Assembly: GCA_963703955.1 (NCBI GenBank)
Contig: CAVPGK010000015.1
Coordinates: forward strand, 32,001-96,000
DNA length: 64,000 bases
Origin: Nitrospirota bacterium
Lineage (GTDB): Bacteria > Nitrospirota > Nitrospiria > Nitrospirales > Nitrospiraceae
Direction of reading: 5' to 3'
The notes beneath the pieces were generated by a model. The model ran no database searches. It had not been told where the DNA came from and saw only the letters and a program-made list of their open reading frames with translations. The position numbers were made by a program, and so were the translations under genes. Below, in pieces: positions 11,360 through 21,567 of this stretch. How positions within the stretch are numbered: position 1 is the stretch's first letter; each line of letters starts with the position of its first letter.

Positions 11360-12136
11360 TTAGAGAATTCGACAATCTAGGTTCCACACCTGTCCCGACA
11401 CATCCTCGAGAAGTGTAAGGTGATAGATCGTTCTCGCGACGGCACGTAGATCCGGAGACCTGCCTAAGACATGATCCTTGAGAACGTGACCATCGCTCAT
11501 GGCGGATTCAGACATGTCGGTCAGATGCCACCCGGGCAATACCGCGTTAATCCTGACATTGCCGGCTCCCCATTCTCGGGCCGCGGTCTTGACGAGACCA
11601 AGGAGACCGGCCTTTGAGGCGGCATAGGCAGACTGGCCGGGTTGACCGTGAAACGCGGCGAATGACCCGACCACAATCACAGACCCTTTTCGCTGTAAGA
11701 GCATCTGAGCGCCGGCAGCCTTGACGCAATGGAAGGTCCCGGTGAGGTTGGTCTCAAGGACGACGTTCCACTCCTCGGGATTCATGCGCAGCAGCAGATG
11801 ACCTGAAGCCACCCCCGCATTACACACCAGGACATTAAGATGCCCCCACTGCGCCATGAGATCAGTGAGCATCGCGCGCACTTGACAGGGATCTCGAATG
11901 TCAGCCCGGCAGGTGACGGCTTGCCCACCGCTGCGGCGGACGGCCACGGCTGTCTGATCGGCCTCTTTCTCTCGTTCGCGATAATGGACGCCGACGCGCC
12001 AGCCGGCCTGTCCAAACTCCAAGCAAATCGCTCGGCCGATCCCGCGGGATCCACCAGTCACCAAGACCGTGGGAGAAGTCGTCGAGCCGGAGGAAGAAAA
12101 TGGATGGGCTGCGTCCCGGCGAGGTGTGTGTGGCAT
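11360..12136 (-). CDS. FabG-like short-chain dehydrogenase/reductase, co-oriented with bioD
   Basis: TGGSRGIG, NAG, catalytic YAASK. Confidence 0.88.
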   Translation of the reverse strand: MPHTPRRDAAHPFSSSGSTTSPTVLVTGGSRGIGRAICLEFGQAGWRVGVHYREREKEADQTAVAVRRSGGQAVTCRADIRDPCQVRAMLTDLMAQWGHLNVLVCNAGVASGHLLLRMNPEEWNVVLETNLTGTFHCVKAAGAQMLLQRKGSVIVVGSFAAFHGQPGQSAYAASKAGLLGLVKTAAREWGAGNVRINAVLPGWHLTDMSESAMSDGHVLKDHVLGRSPDLRAVARTIYHLTLLEDVSGQVWNLDCRIL

Positions 12137-12263
12137 GGTCCCGTGGAGGCTGTATTATCACGGATCGCGGGCCGCCAACGCAACCGGCGACTGTGCACGA
12201 CGGGTCTTGCCGGTCCAGCGTAGTTATGTTACGGTGAGAGCTTAACAAGGCAGCGGGGGACGC

Positions 12264-13070
12264 ATGGATCTGAGTATACGGAGCTGGCAGGCCACCTTTG
12301 GTGTGCTGGTCATCGGGTGGGTTCTCCTGGGGGCTGAGGCTCAGGCGCTGAATACCATTCCGCCTGGAGTCGAGCGAGTCGCCGATGCGGGTGACTATTT
12401 TCCGGATACTCTTGGAAGCCAATGGCAGTATCGAGGAGAGATCGTCGAAGGTCCGCTCCAGACGATCGCCAAGAAAGGCTTCATCAATGTCTCCACGGTC
12501 AAGGGGACGGATAAGATTCAAGGTGTCGCCGTGAAGGTGTTTCACGATACCAACCCAGGCAATCACGGGCCCTCGGACAGTTTTTACCGCCGGGACCCGG
12601 CTGGGATTGTGTACTATGGGTCCGATCCAGGGACTTCAATTGAGCGGCAGCTCATTCCGTATCAAATTGTTCGCTTTCCGCTGGATCTGCCGTCATCGTT
12701 TCAACAGTTCGACCGGAAAGGGCTGGACTTCGGCAGCGACCTCGACGGTGATGAACAAAATGAACTGGCGGATATGGAAGCCGTCGTCACAGCCGTCGGC
12801 AAGGAGCCGATCTTAGTCCCAGCAGGTTCGTACCCGGATACGGTCCGGATTGAGGCACGAATGACCATGCGCATCTCCCTCTCACAAAGCCAACGTGTCG
12901 CGGTTGGAACCGATACGATGATCGCGTGGTTTGCGAAAGGGATCGGGCTGGTCAAGTACGTCGAGCGGCAGGAACTCCCTCCACTGAGATCAGACCGCGG
13001 ACTGGTCACCGAGATCACCGAAGAATTGGAGTCGTTCTCGATAAGCCCGCAAACAAGCTCCCTGCCTTAG
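12264..13070 (+). CDS. Exported beta-rich hypothetical protein (TapB/DUF3108-like motifs)
   Basis: Signal peptide ending AQA; DYFP..GSQWQY, VPAGSY, WFAKGIGLVK; DLDGD possible Ca-binding loop. Family assignment from memory. Confidence 0.65.
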   Translation: MDLSIRSWQATFGVLVIGWVLLGAEAQALNTIPPGVERVADAGDYFPDTLGSQWQYRGEIVEGPLQTIAKKGFINVSTVKGTDKIQGVAVKVFHDTNPGNHGPSDSFYRRDPAGIVYYGSDPGTSIERQLIPYQIVRFPLDLPSSFQQFDRKGLDFGSDLDGDEQNELADMEAVVTAVGKEPILVPAGSYPDTVRIEARMTMRISLSQSQRVAVGTDTMIAWFAKGIGLVKYVERQELPPLRSDRGLVTEITEELESFSISPQTSSLP

Positions 13071-14200
13071 AGCGCTTACACAGGAATGGATACATACGTA
13101 TTTGGTGCTGGTGCCTCTGCGCCTTACGGCATACCTACAATGGGAGAATTCCTTAGTAAGTCATTTTCTGGGTGGACGCTCATATCTCCGGATCGAACTG
13201 ACTTCGAGGAAGAACTCAAAATTGTTGCTGGAGCTGTCGACGGCCAATACGGGACTAATCTACTGGCTGGCGAGCAAGGTGGCGATCATTTTTCAGCCAA
13301 AGATGCAGGTGGCGTTAAGTAAGATCAACGTCGAAGAGTTGTTGGCACTAGCTGACGAGAATAGAAGCCCTGACATACGACAAGCTCTCGAAAGAGTGAT
13401 CTTCAGAACAATAGAGTGGAGCACGCACGATGGCGGTAGCCATGAATACTATAAACTCTTGATGGGCGAGATCTTAAAGTCAGGTCAAGAGGCTTGTCTG
13501 ATATCGTTTAACTACGACTTGCTGCTTGATCGTGCCTTGGCAGATGCTGCTCGTCACACCACCACTTGGTCATACGCCGTACCGTTTCATGCGGGCATTG
13601 AACCATCCCTTCATGATTCAGATGATCCGACCATTTTTCTGTTAAAGCTGCACGGTTCTTTGAATTGGGGCCAATGCCCAAGATGTAATAGCCTCAGGCT
13701 TTGGACCTACACCACATACGACAACATTTTTCATACAACCTGGCCGAGCTGTAAGCAGTGTAATTCCACGGAATTCAAGCCAGTGCTGGTCGCACCGACT
13801 CCTGCTAAACGGTTTCCGAACGCACTTAACAGCGCTTGGAACACGGCAGCGAAATGCTTACAAAAAACGGAGAGGTTAACAGTAATCGGATACTCTTTTC
13901 CGGCGTTCGACCGCCAATCACGGATCCTGTTTCTGAAGAACTTCATTATTCCTCATCTGCTCGTTAATTCTCGCCCCAAATTAGTTATTGTCGATCCGGA
14001 CCACTCCACACGTAAAGCCATAGAATCCTGGTTTCTGCCTGCCGTTGACAAGAACGTTGACGAATATGATTCGTTCCAAAACCATTGCGCGATGCTTCAA
14101 TAACCGCACAATGGATCAAATCGTTGGCGTCACCTAATAAGCGCATCGAGAGCAACCTTCGCAAGCGGGCTTTCCGCTTGTTCGGCGCTCATGCGCGGTG
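13067..14200 (+). mobile_element. Integron-type gene cassette (Sir2 gene + attC); no integrase in window
   Basis: TTAG at 13067, ATG 19 nt downstream, single ORF, attC shortly after the stop; composition differs from flanks. Left boundary tentative. Confidence 0.65.
13086..14103 (+). CDS. Sir2-family (sirtuin-fold) protein with zinc ribbon; one frameshift near 13270
   Basis: YVFGAGAS (ORF 13086) continuing in another frame with ISFNYD, LKLHGSLNW, CPRC...CKQC, VIGYSFP; visibly more AT-rich than flanks. Confidence 0.85.
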
Positions 14201-14206
14201 TTACGT
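14132..14206 (+). other. Integron attC recombination site
   Basis: R'' ACCTAAT, 5-nt spacer, L'' CAT(C)GAGA with extrahelical C, inner hairpin GCAAGCGG/CCGCTTGT, L' GCTCATG, 6-nt spacer, R' GTTACGT. Confidence 0.8.
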
Positions 14207-14381
14207 AGCTTCAAGAGAGGATCAATGAATGGCAAAGTAGGACTGGTGCGACCAACGGGAGCTCCTCTGGGTTCCCTATGAGTACGAAAGGTCAAGGACC
14301 TCCGTCACTCTGCAGGCTGACTCTTGGAGCGGCGAATGAAAACAGGGTAGATTTCCAGGTCAGGTGATCGACGATCTGTTG

Positions 14382-17366
14382 CTACTCCGTTTCCGTGGGC
14401 GCGAAGCCGCGGCGGAGCGTGTTCTCACTGACCACGCGCGGGATCATGAATTGGGTGAGATAATCTTCGCCCCCTGCTTTCGAGCCGACTCCAGAGAGCC
14501 GATGCCCGCCGAACGGTTGTCGTCCTACGAGCGCGCCGGTGATGGGGCGATTAATGTAAAGATTCCCCACATCGAATCCAGCGCGGGCAGCGACCACGTT
14601 GGCCGGGCTTCGGGAATAGAGCCCCCCGGTCAAGGCATAGGGTGAATTGTTCGCCAGACGAAGTGCCTCCTCGAAGTCGCGCGCTCGCATAACGGCGAGC
14701 ACCGGTCCAAAGATTTCCTCCTGAGCCAGTCGATGGTGCGATTCGATATCGGCAAAGATCGCCGGCCCGACGAAATAGCCTGGACCCCTCACCTGGCGCT
14801 CCAACACCAGCCGTCCTTCTCGTTTGCCGATTTCAATATACTCCCGGACCTTCGCCACAGCCCGCTGATCAATCATCGGCCCCATACGGTTGCCGGGATC
14901 TTCCGGCGGACCGATCTGAAGGCTCTGAACAGCATCGACCAGGCGCTGGAGAAAGAGATCATAGACCGATTCGTGCACAATGGCCCGCGAGCAGGCGGAA
15001 CATTTCTGACCTTGATAGCCGGCAAACGACGTGACCACTCCCGTCACCGCCTCGTCCAGATCCGCCGTCTCATCCACGATGATCGCGTTCTTTCCACCCA
15101 TTTCCGCGATCACGCGCTTCACCCCCCGTTGCCCAGGCTGAACCTGCGCGGATTGAGCGAGTAGACGGAGACCGACATCTTTCGATCCGGTAAAAGCGAC
15201 CAGGCTGATCTCCGGATGCGCGACGAGGACCTGCCCGATCTCGGGACCTCCCGGCAAGACCTGCAGAACCCCTTCGGGCACTCCCGCCTCGGTCAGGAGT
15301 TCGGTCAGGAGGAGGCCAATGACCGAGGCGCGTTCCGATGGCTTGAACAGCACGACATTGCCGGTCACCAAGGCTGCCGCGACCATGCCTGTCGGGATCG
15401 CAAGAGGAAAATTCCAGGGCGCAATGACGGCGACAGTTCCGCGTGGAGCATACAACAGGTGATTTATCTCGCCGGGTTCGTGTCCCAATCGAAGAGGACG
15501 TCCCAGCCGGCGCATCTCCCTCGCATAGTACTCGAGGAAGTCGATGGCTTCGGCCACGTCCGCATCAGCGTCTCGCCAGGGTTTTCCCGTTTCAAAAATC
15601 TCCCAGGAGGCCAGCTCAAAGCGCTTGTGTCTCATCGCCGCGGCCGCTGTCGTAAGGATGGTTGCGCGATCCGTAGTGGGTACGGCGCTCCAGTCGGAAA
15701 GCTTGCTGAGCGCAACCTCGACGGCTCTGGGAACTTGGGCAGGATCATACCCGCGTAACCGACCGACCGGTTCCTTCGGACTGCTGGGGTTGTAGGAGAC
15801 CAGCTCTGGTCCGGATGGTGACCCTCCTGGGGAAACATACGAAAACGTCTGGCCAAGCTGACTGCTCACCTGGGCGATAGCCCGACTCATCGCGTCTCGA
15901 GCGGACTCTTTCGAGAAATCGGTGTGGGGTTCGTTGCTGAATCGGTCGGCGCGATCGCCATCCGAAGACCGATCGCCATCCTTGTCAACCGATGCAGGAC
16001 CCGGTGACGGGACATGCGGCGCGGCGAGCAACTGGGGCAGGGGCTCAGCTTCCGAGTGCTCCTTCCGTAGAAATGATTCGTTCGAGGTGTTTTCCAACAG
16101 GCGCCGTACGAGATAGGCCATGCCGGGGATCAACTCTCCAACCGGAGTGTACAACCGAACCCGCCGTCCCATTTGCGACACCGCAGTTTGCAGCGGCTCG
16201 GCCATGCCGAAGATCATTTGAAACTCGTACGCTTCTGGCGTTAACCCCTTGGCCTGCGCTGCGGCCTCGGCATGAGCCAGGCTCCGCACGTTATGGCTTC
16301 CAAATGCTGGACGGACATGCTGGGCATGATCCAATAGACTCCGGGTGAGCGCCTCATACTGGACATCGGTGCCAGCTTTCGATTCAAACACTGGCACCGG
16401 CCATCCGCGCTGTTGATAGCGGATCATTTCGGAGTCCCAATACGCCCCCTTGACCAATCGCACGGCGATCGGCGCGTCACGGCGCGCAGCCCATGCCATG
16501 AGCTGGTCCAGGTCTTTCGGAGTCTCTTTCAAGTAGGCTTGGATCGCGATCCCCGCGTGCGGGTAGGAGCGGAAGTCAGACTCGGAGAGCAGACGTATGA
16601 AGACCATCAGCGTGAGATCCTTCAATTCAGCCTGCTCCATGTCGAAGGTGACTGCCGCAGACATTGTCGCGGCGGCGGCGAGGAGCGGCCGGAGGCGCGC
16701 GGCCACCGCGCGATAGGCCCCCTCGGGATCAATCGGATCCAATTGGGAATAGAGCGCCGAGATTTTGACGGACAGATTGACCCGGGGGATTGGCCCCAGG
16801 TGATCACACTCTAATAGGGGATTCCCAGGCCAGGCCGCAGTGGCCTTGTGAAGGAGAGTCAGGGTGTTCAGGCACCGGTCGCGATACGCATCGGCTTCTC
16901 GTTCGCTGACCGACGCTTCCCCGAGGAGATCCACCGAATGTCCGCGTCCCTCCGTCCATTGTCGCGAGAGGACCGGAAGTGCCCCCTCTATGTTGGCCCC
17001 GGCAATAAACGTCGTCGCCATCTGATGAATGCGATGACGCAGGGATTTCGCGCTGAGACGCGCCCCGAGTTTCGTGGCGGAAACTGCTCGTAAGCCCCAC
17101 TGAAGAGCCGCGCCCGGTAACCGGTCCTCTCCAAAGTACTCATCGACGAGCTTGGTAACTTGGGCGTCGTTCTGGAGGGATGGCAGAGCGTCGATAAATC
17201 GAAAAAGTCGGACCTTGAAATTTTCATCTTTCATGCACCAGTCCAGTAAGGTATTCGACCACCATCGGCGGTCAAAGAGGGTGGGGGCCAGCCCTTTGGA
17301 GCGTTCCGCAAGGTCCCGCCCGATTTGGTAAATAGCGGTTTCTGAAGCCGGCGCATCAGTTTTCAT
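14382..17366 (-). CDS. putA: Bifunctional proline dehydrogenase / L-glutamate-gamma-semialdehyde dehydrogenase (no DNA-binding domain)
   Basis: VRLVKGAYWD, YLVRRLLENTSN, PWNFP, FTGS, EMGGKN, GQKCSACS, EEIFGPV. Confidence 0.95.
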   Translation of the reverse strand: MKTDAPASETAIYQIGRDLAERSKGLAPTLFDRRWWSNTLLDWCMKDENFKVRLFRFIDALPSLQNDAQVTKLVDEYFGEDRLPGAALQWGLRAVSATKLGARLSAKSLRHRIHQMATTFIAGANIEGALPVLSRQWTEGRGHSVDLLGEASVSEREADAYRDRCLNTLTLLHKATAAWPGNPLLECDHLGPIPRVNLSVKISALYSQLDPIDPEGAYRAVAARLRPLLAAAATMSAAVTFDMEQAELKDLTLMVFIRLLSESDFRSYPHAGIAIQAYLKETPKDLDQLMAWAARRDAPIAVRLVKGAYWDSEMIRYQQRGWPVPVFESKAGTDVQYEALTRSLLDHAQHVRPAFGSHNVRSLAHAEAAAQAKGLTPEAYEFQMIFGMAEPLQTAVSQMGRRVRLYTPVGELIPGMAYLVRRLLENTSNESFLRKEHSEAEPLPQLLAAPHVPSPGPASVDKDGDRSSDGDRADRFSNEPHTDFSKESARDAMSRAIAQVSSQLGQTFSYVSPGGSPSGPELVSYNPSSPKEPVGRLRGYDPAQVPRAVEVALSKLSDWSAVPTTDRATILTTAAAAMRHKRFELASWEIFETGKPWRDADADVAEAIDFLEYYAREMRRLGRPLRLGHEPGEINHLLYAPRGTVAVIAPWNFPLAIPTGMVAAALVTGNVVLFKPSERASVIGLLLTELLTEAGVPEGVLQVLPGGPEIGQVLVAHPEISLVAFTGSKDVGLRLLAQSAQVQPGQRGVKRVIAEMGGKNAIIVDETADLDEAVTGVVTSFAGYQGQKCSACSRAIVHESVYDLFLQRLVDAVQSLQIGPPEDPGNRMGPMIDQRAVAKVREYIEIGKREGRLVLERQVRGPGYFVGPAIFADIESHHRLAQEEIFGPVLAVMRARDFEEALRLANNSPYALTGGLYSRSPANVVAARAGFDVGNLYINRPITGALVGRQPFGGHRLSGVGSKAGGEDYLTQFMIPRVVSENTLRRGFAPTETE

Positions 17367-17432
17367 CGAGCCTCGCTTATGGCGGGCGGTATCGTCCCTT
17401 TTGGGGTACACTTCTATTGTATAAGATTTGGC

Positions 17433-17462
17433 TTGATAAATTGTGATTCAATTCTGTACAAT
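17433..17462 (+). promoter_or_regulatory. Probable sigma70 promoter of desaturase, overlapping an ATTGT-N13-ACAAT inverted repeat
   Basis: TTGATA-18 bp-TACAAT in AT-rich divergent intergenic region. Confidence 0.5.
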
Positions 17463-17504
17463 ATGATTGTTTATCTACCGTAGTCCTGAGTGGGGGAGGT
17501 CTGT

Positions 17505-18356
17505 ATGAAAGAGATATCAGGAAACGTGCAGTGGTTATCACAACGAATCGATTACCCTGCGCTCATCATGTTTTCAGCGATTACACTGGCGACCGTCATC
17601 GTGGTGCCCGTTTTTGGTTTGCTCCATGGGTTTTCGACATTGGACTGGATCATGTTCGTGATCCTGTACTTGTCCAGCGGGCTCGGCATTACGGTCGGCT
17701 ATCACCGTTTGATCTCGCATAGAAGTTTTGAGTGCAAAGAGTGGGTGAAAGCCTCACTGTTGGTGGCGGGCGGTTGGGCCTTGGAAAATTCCGCCCTCAA
17801 GTGGTGCGCCGACCATATCCGGCATCATGCGCGGTGCGATCAGAACGAAGATCCCTACAATGCCACCAAGGGATTTTGGCACAGCCACTGCGGCTGGATT
17901 TTTCAGAAGTCGCCCTACCGCGACGAGAAATACGAATCCAAGCTGCGAAAAGATCCGCTCATCATGTGGCAACACCGCTACTACATTCCCATCGTCCTCT
18001 CCGGGCTGGCCCTGCCGTTCATTGTCGGCATGATCAACGGTGGCTGGATGGGCGGGCTCAGTTGCTTTCTGCTCGCCGGGGTGTGCCGCACCTTTTTGGT
18101 GCTGAACTCAACGTTCTGCATCAATTCAATCTGCCACCTCTGGGGAGAGCAATCACATGGGACCGAGGACAGCAGCCGAGATAGCTGGTGGGTCTCGCTG
18201 CTCACGTTCGGGGAAGGCTACCATAACTATCACCACACACACCTTCGGGACTATCGCAACGGGCCGAAGTGGTACAACTTCGATCCCTCGAAGTGGCTCA
18301 TCTTCAGCTTATCCAAGCTCCGACTGGCGTACGACCTGCAGCGCTCCCAACCCTGA
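17505..18356 (+). CDS. Delta-9-type membrane fatty acid (acyl-CoA) desaturase
   Basis: His boxes HRLISH, HIRHH, HNYHH; GITVGY, DPYNA, DYRNG. Confidence 0.93.
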   Translation: MKEISGNVQWLSQRIDYPALIMFSAITLATVIVVPVFGLLHGFSTLDWIMFVILYLSSGLGITVGYHRLISHRSFECKEWVKASLLVAGGWALENSALKWCADHIRHHARCDQNEDPYNATKGFWHSHCGWIFQKSPYRDEKYESKLRKDPLIMWQHRYYIPIVLSGLALPFIVGMINGGWMGGLSCFLLAGVCRTFLVLNSTFCINSICHLWGEQSHGTEDSSRDSWWVSLLTFGEGYHNYHHTHLRDYRNGPKWYNFDPSKWLIFSLSKLRLAYDLQRSQP

Positions 18357-18385
18357 GGCTTTCTTCCTCTCCGTCCTATTGTCTC

Positions 18386-18430
18386 CCTGGAAATGATTAG
18401 CGTATCATGAAGACGGGAATCATTTCCAGG
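18386..18430. repeat. Perfect 13-bp inverted repeat with 19-nt spacer
   Basis: CCTGGAAATGATT ... AATCATTTCCAGG. Confidence 0.75.
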
Positions 18431-18573
18431 AAGACGGGCGTCCGCGGACAAACGAGTGAGGGCGTCCATCATTGCTGTGATCCTCATGATCGAGGAGAGC
18501 TGTCGATCAGAAGTGGGCACTGCGCTAACGCCGGAACGAACGTTGATTCGGTCATCGACGAGGTGGAGGTAAG

Positions 18574-19468
18574 ATGGGAGAGGTAAATCCGGGAACGTCG
18601 CTTCAAGGGCAAGGTCAGGGGAAGGAGGACCTCATCCCGAACGTCAAACAGGTCATTGCCATCAGCAGCGGCAAAGGCGGGGTGGGAAAATCGACGGTGG
18701 CCGTCAATTTGGCTGTGGCCCTCAGCGTCTCGGGAGCAAAGGTCGGACTGATGGACGCGGACGTGTATGGGCCAAACATCCCGATGATGATGGGGGTCGA
18801 CCAACCCGCCGGAGCAGCAGGACGGAAAGATCAAACCCGCTGAAAGCCATGGCGTCAAGCTCATCTCAATGGGATTCTTCGTACCGGAGGAGACGGCGGT
18901 CGTCTGGCGCGGTCCGATGATCCACACGGCGATCCAGCAGTTCTTTCGTGATGTAGTCTGGGGAGACCTGGACTACCTGCTCATCGATCTTCCACCGGGA
19001 ACGGGCGACGCCCAACTGACGATCTCGCAGTTGGTGCCGTTGTGCGGCGCCGTGACCGTTACGACCCCTCAGGAAGTGGCGCTGCACGATGTGCGGAAGG
19101 GCATGATGATGTTCCAGAAGGTCAATGTTCCCTTGTTGGGGATCATCGAGAACATGAGCTACTTTGTCTGCGGCCATTGCGGTACGAGAAGCGACATCTT
19201 TTCCAGCGGTGGGGGAGAGCGGGCGGCGGAAAAACTCGGGATTCCATTTCTGGGACGAATCCCAATCGATCCCGCGATTCGGGCCGGCGGCGACATCGGA
19301 ACGCCGATTGTCGTGGCGGACCCGGCCTCTCCTCAGGCAGCGGCCTTTCGGGAGATCGCAGCCAAGCTGGATGACCGCTTGCATGCAAAATCCGGCGACG
19401 GGGGTCAGTCTGCCACACCGATCGAGAGTCTCTTGAAGAAAATCAAACGGCCGCTTGGAACCGGTTAA
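18574..19468 (+). CDS. apbC: Mrp/NBP35 Fe-S cluster carrier ATPase; frameshift near 18810
   Basis: [20 protein letters not shown], then [21 protein letters not shown]. Confidence 0.9.
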
Positions 19469-19498
19469 GAAAGGGGAAACCGATGAAGGAGGAGAACA

Positions 19499-19804
19499 AT
19501 GGCTGAATTTACACGAGTGGCTGGGACAGGTGACGTGGCTCCCGGAAACGGGATAGTGGCTGAGGTGAATGGCCACGCAATTGCGGTGTTTAACGTGGAC
19601 GGCACCTATTATGCGATCGATAACACCTGCGTCCATCGCGGCGGACCTTTGGGTGAAGGCGAGCTCGAAGGCGATATCGTCACCTGTCCGTGGCATGCCT
19701 GGGAATACAATGTGAAGACCGGGGTGTCTGTTAATAATCCGGCCGCCTCCGTAAAAACCTACCAAGTCAATGTCGAGGGCCCGGACATCAAAATCCTGCT
19801 GTAA
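19499..19804 (+). CDS. Rieske [2Fe-2S] ferredoxin
   Basis: CVH...CPWH motifs; SD AAGGAGG. Confidence 0.92.
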   Translation: MAEFTRVAGTGDVAPGNGIVAEVNGHAIAVFNVDGTYYAIDNTCVHRGGPLGEGELEGDIVTCPWHAWEYNVKTGVSVNNPAASVKTYQVNVEGPDIKILL

Positions 19805-20005
19805 CCTTTCTCCTATCCGATTATCTCTTTGGCTCATATATTGCCATCCGACCGCAATGGGGCGACGACGACCTGCCTGCTCTTCGTGTCCATCTTCGTC
19901 GGATCAGTCGTCGTGGGGTACTGAACTCTCATGTAACTGCGCTCAGTGATTCTAAGCAAAAGATTGCTGGACAATCGATATGAGATGATTAATAATCATT
20001 CGGTA

Positions 20006-20416
20006 ATGAGATGTCCTAACAGTTTCTTCTTTCGAACGCTCAGCCTTGTCGTCACCGTCAGCTTTGCCCATCTCCTTCTGTCGACCGCTGTGGTGCCCGA
20101 CGCCATCGCCCGAATGGGACCAGCTTGGAGCACCCCTCATCTTCCCGGAGCAGACACGTGTGTGCCGCCGGCGATGCTGGAAACGGCCTGGCAGGAAGCG
20201 GTGACCTTAGCGCCGGAGATCGCCGATACGGCCATGGCGGAGAAGATTACCGAGGTGCTCAGGAGCGCCCGTGCCAACGGCACCCTTCCCTTTTTTGAAC
20301 CAAACGGATGCCCACAGCCCGTGATCGATCCTCTCACCATTACGCTCATCATCAGCCTCGCCGCCCTGGCCATTACGCTGATCGTATGGGCGATCGCGGT
20401 GGCCGGCAGCACGTGA
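20006..20416 (+). CDS. Hypothetical protein with signal peptide and C-terminal TM helix (start uncertain)
   Basis: MRCPNSFFFRTLSLVVTVSFAHLLLSTAVVPDAIA; hydrophobic C-terminus PLTITLIISLAALAITLIVWAIAV. Confidence 0.55.
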   Translation: MRCPNSFFFRTLSLVVTVSFAHLLLSTAVVPDAIARMGPAWSTPHLPGADTCVPPAMLETAWQEAVTLAPEIADTAMAEKITEVLRSARANGTLPFFEPNGCPQPVIDPLTITLIISLAALAITLIVWAIAVAGST

Positions 20417-20600
20417 CCTCGATGGGTCGAAGTTCTGGCCACTTTGCCGTCTTATCTTGGAAGAGTGGCTGAGCTCGTCCTATTGCGGCCATCGAGCGGG
20501 CACATTCTTATCGGGCGCTTTGGGAACACTCGTCTAGCCCAGCCGCGTCTCCAACTCCCTCTTCTTGAGTCGCCGCTCACTCTCCTGCATAATGACCTTG

Positions 20601-21563
20601 ATGGACCGCGACGACCTTCTTTCCCTCTACCGGCAGATACTGCTGATCCGCCGATTCGAAGAAAAATCAGCGGAAATGTATGCGCTGGCTAAGATTGCCG
20701 GTTTCCTGCACCTCTACATCGGTGAAGAGGCCATCGCCGTCGGAACCATGGCAGCATTGAGGCCCGACGACTACGCCATTAGCGCCTATCGAGACCATGG
20801 CCACTGCCTGGCAAAGGGATCGGATCCCAATCAGGTGATGGCTGAACTGTTTGGAAAAGCGACAGGCCTATGCAAAGGAAAGGGCGGGTCTATGCACCTC
20901 GTAGACGCTCAGCGTAACTTCATGGGTGGCTATGCCATCGTGGGCGGGCATCTTCCGCTTGCCGCAGGGCTCGCATTTGCCATGCAGTACCAGAAGCGTG
21001 ATCAGGTGGTCGTCTGCTTTTTTGGAGAAGGCGCTGTGCCGAGCGGCCAGGCACACGAAGCCTTCAACCTTTCGGCTCTCTGGAAACTGCCGGTCATTTT
21101 TATCTGCGAGAACAACCGATATGGGATGGGGACCCCGGTCCATCGAGCGGTTGCGTTGTACTCCGATCTCACGGACAAAGCTCGCTCGCACGGGATTGAG
21201 GCTGCACGGGTGGATGGGATGGATGTTTTGGCGGTGCGGGATTTGATGCAAAAGGTTGTAGATCAGGTCCGTCGAGGCCAAGGGCCGTACTTCATCGAAG
21301 CGGTGACGTACCGATTCCTGGGACATTCAATGGCCGATCCCGCTCACGGCCATTACCGCACAAGACAGGAAGTAGAAGAGGAGCGAAAACGCGATCCGCT
21401 CGTGCTGCTCCGCCAGGTCATTCTGGACAAGAAGTTGGGAACCGAAGCCGATTTCAAACGGCTCGATCGCGAGGTCGGAGAGGTGGTGACGGCTTCCGTC
21501 ACGTTTGCTGAGGAAAGCCCGTTCCCTTCGGGCTCGGAATTATATACGGACGTGGAAGAGTGA
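20601..21563 (+). CDS. pdhA: Pyruvate dehydrogenase E1 alpha
   Basis: GFLHLYIGEEA, YRDHGH, GKGGSMH, GEG...ENN ThDP motif, YRFLGHSMAD. Confidence 0.93.
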   Translation: MDRDDLLSLYRQILLIRRFEEKSAEMYALAKIAGFLHLYIGEEAIAVGTMAALRPDDYAISAYRDHGHCLAKGSDPNQVMAELFGKATGLCKGKGGSMHLVDAQRNFMGGYAIVGGHLPLAAGLAFAMQYQKRDQVVVCFFGEGAVPSGQAHEAFNLSALWKLPVIFICENNRYGMGTPVHRAVALYSDLTDKARSHGIEAARVDGMDVLAVRDLMQKVVDQVRRGQGPYFIEAVTYRFLGHSMADPAHGHYRTRQEVEEERKRDPLVLLRQVILDKKLGTEADFKRLDREVGEVVTASVTFAEESPFPSGSELYTDVEE

Positions 21564-21567
21564 CGCC

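Noticed and set aside
21020..21040. GEG instead of GDG in the PdhA ThDP motif as a sign of inactivity
   Set aside because: GEG occurs in active branched-chain 2-oxoacid dehydrogenase E1 alpha subunits; all other motifs are intact.
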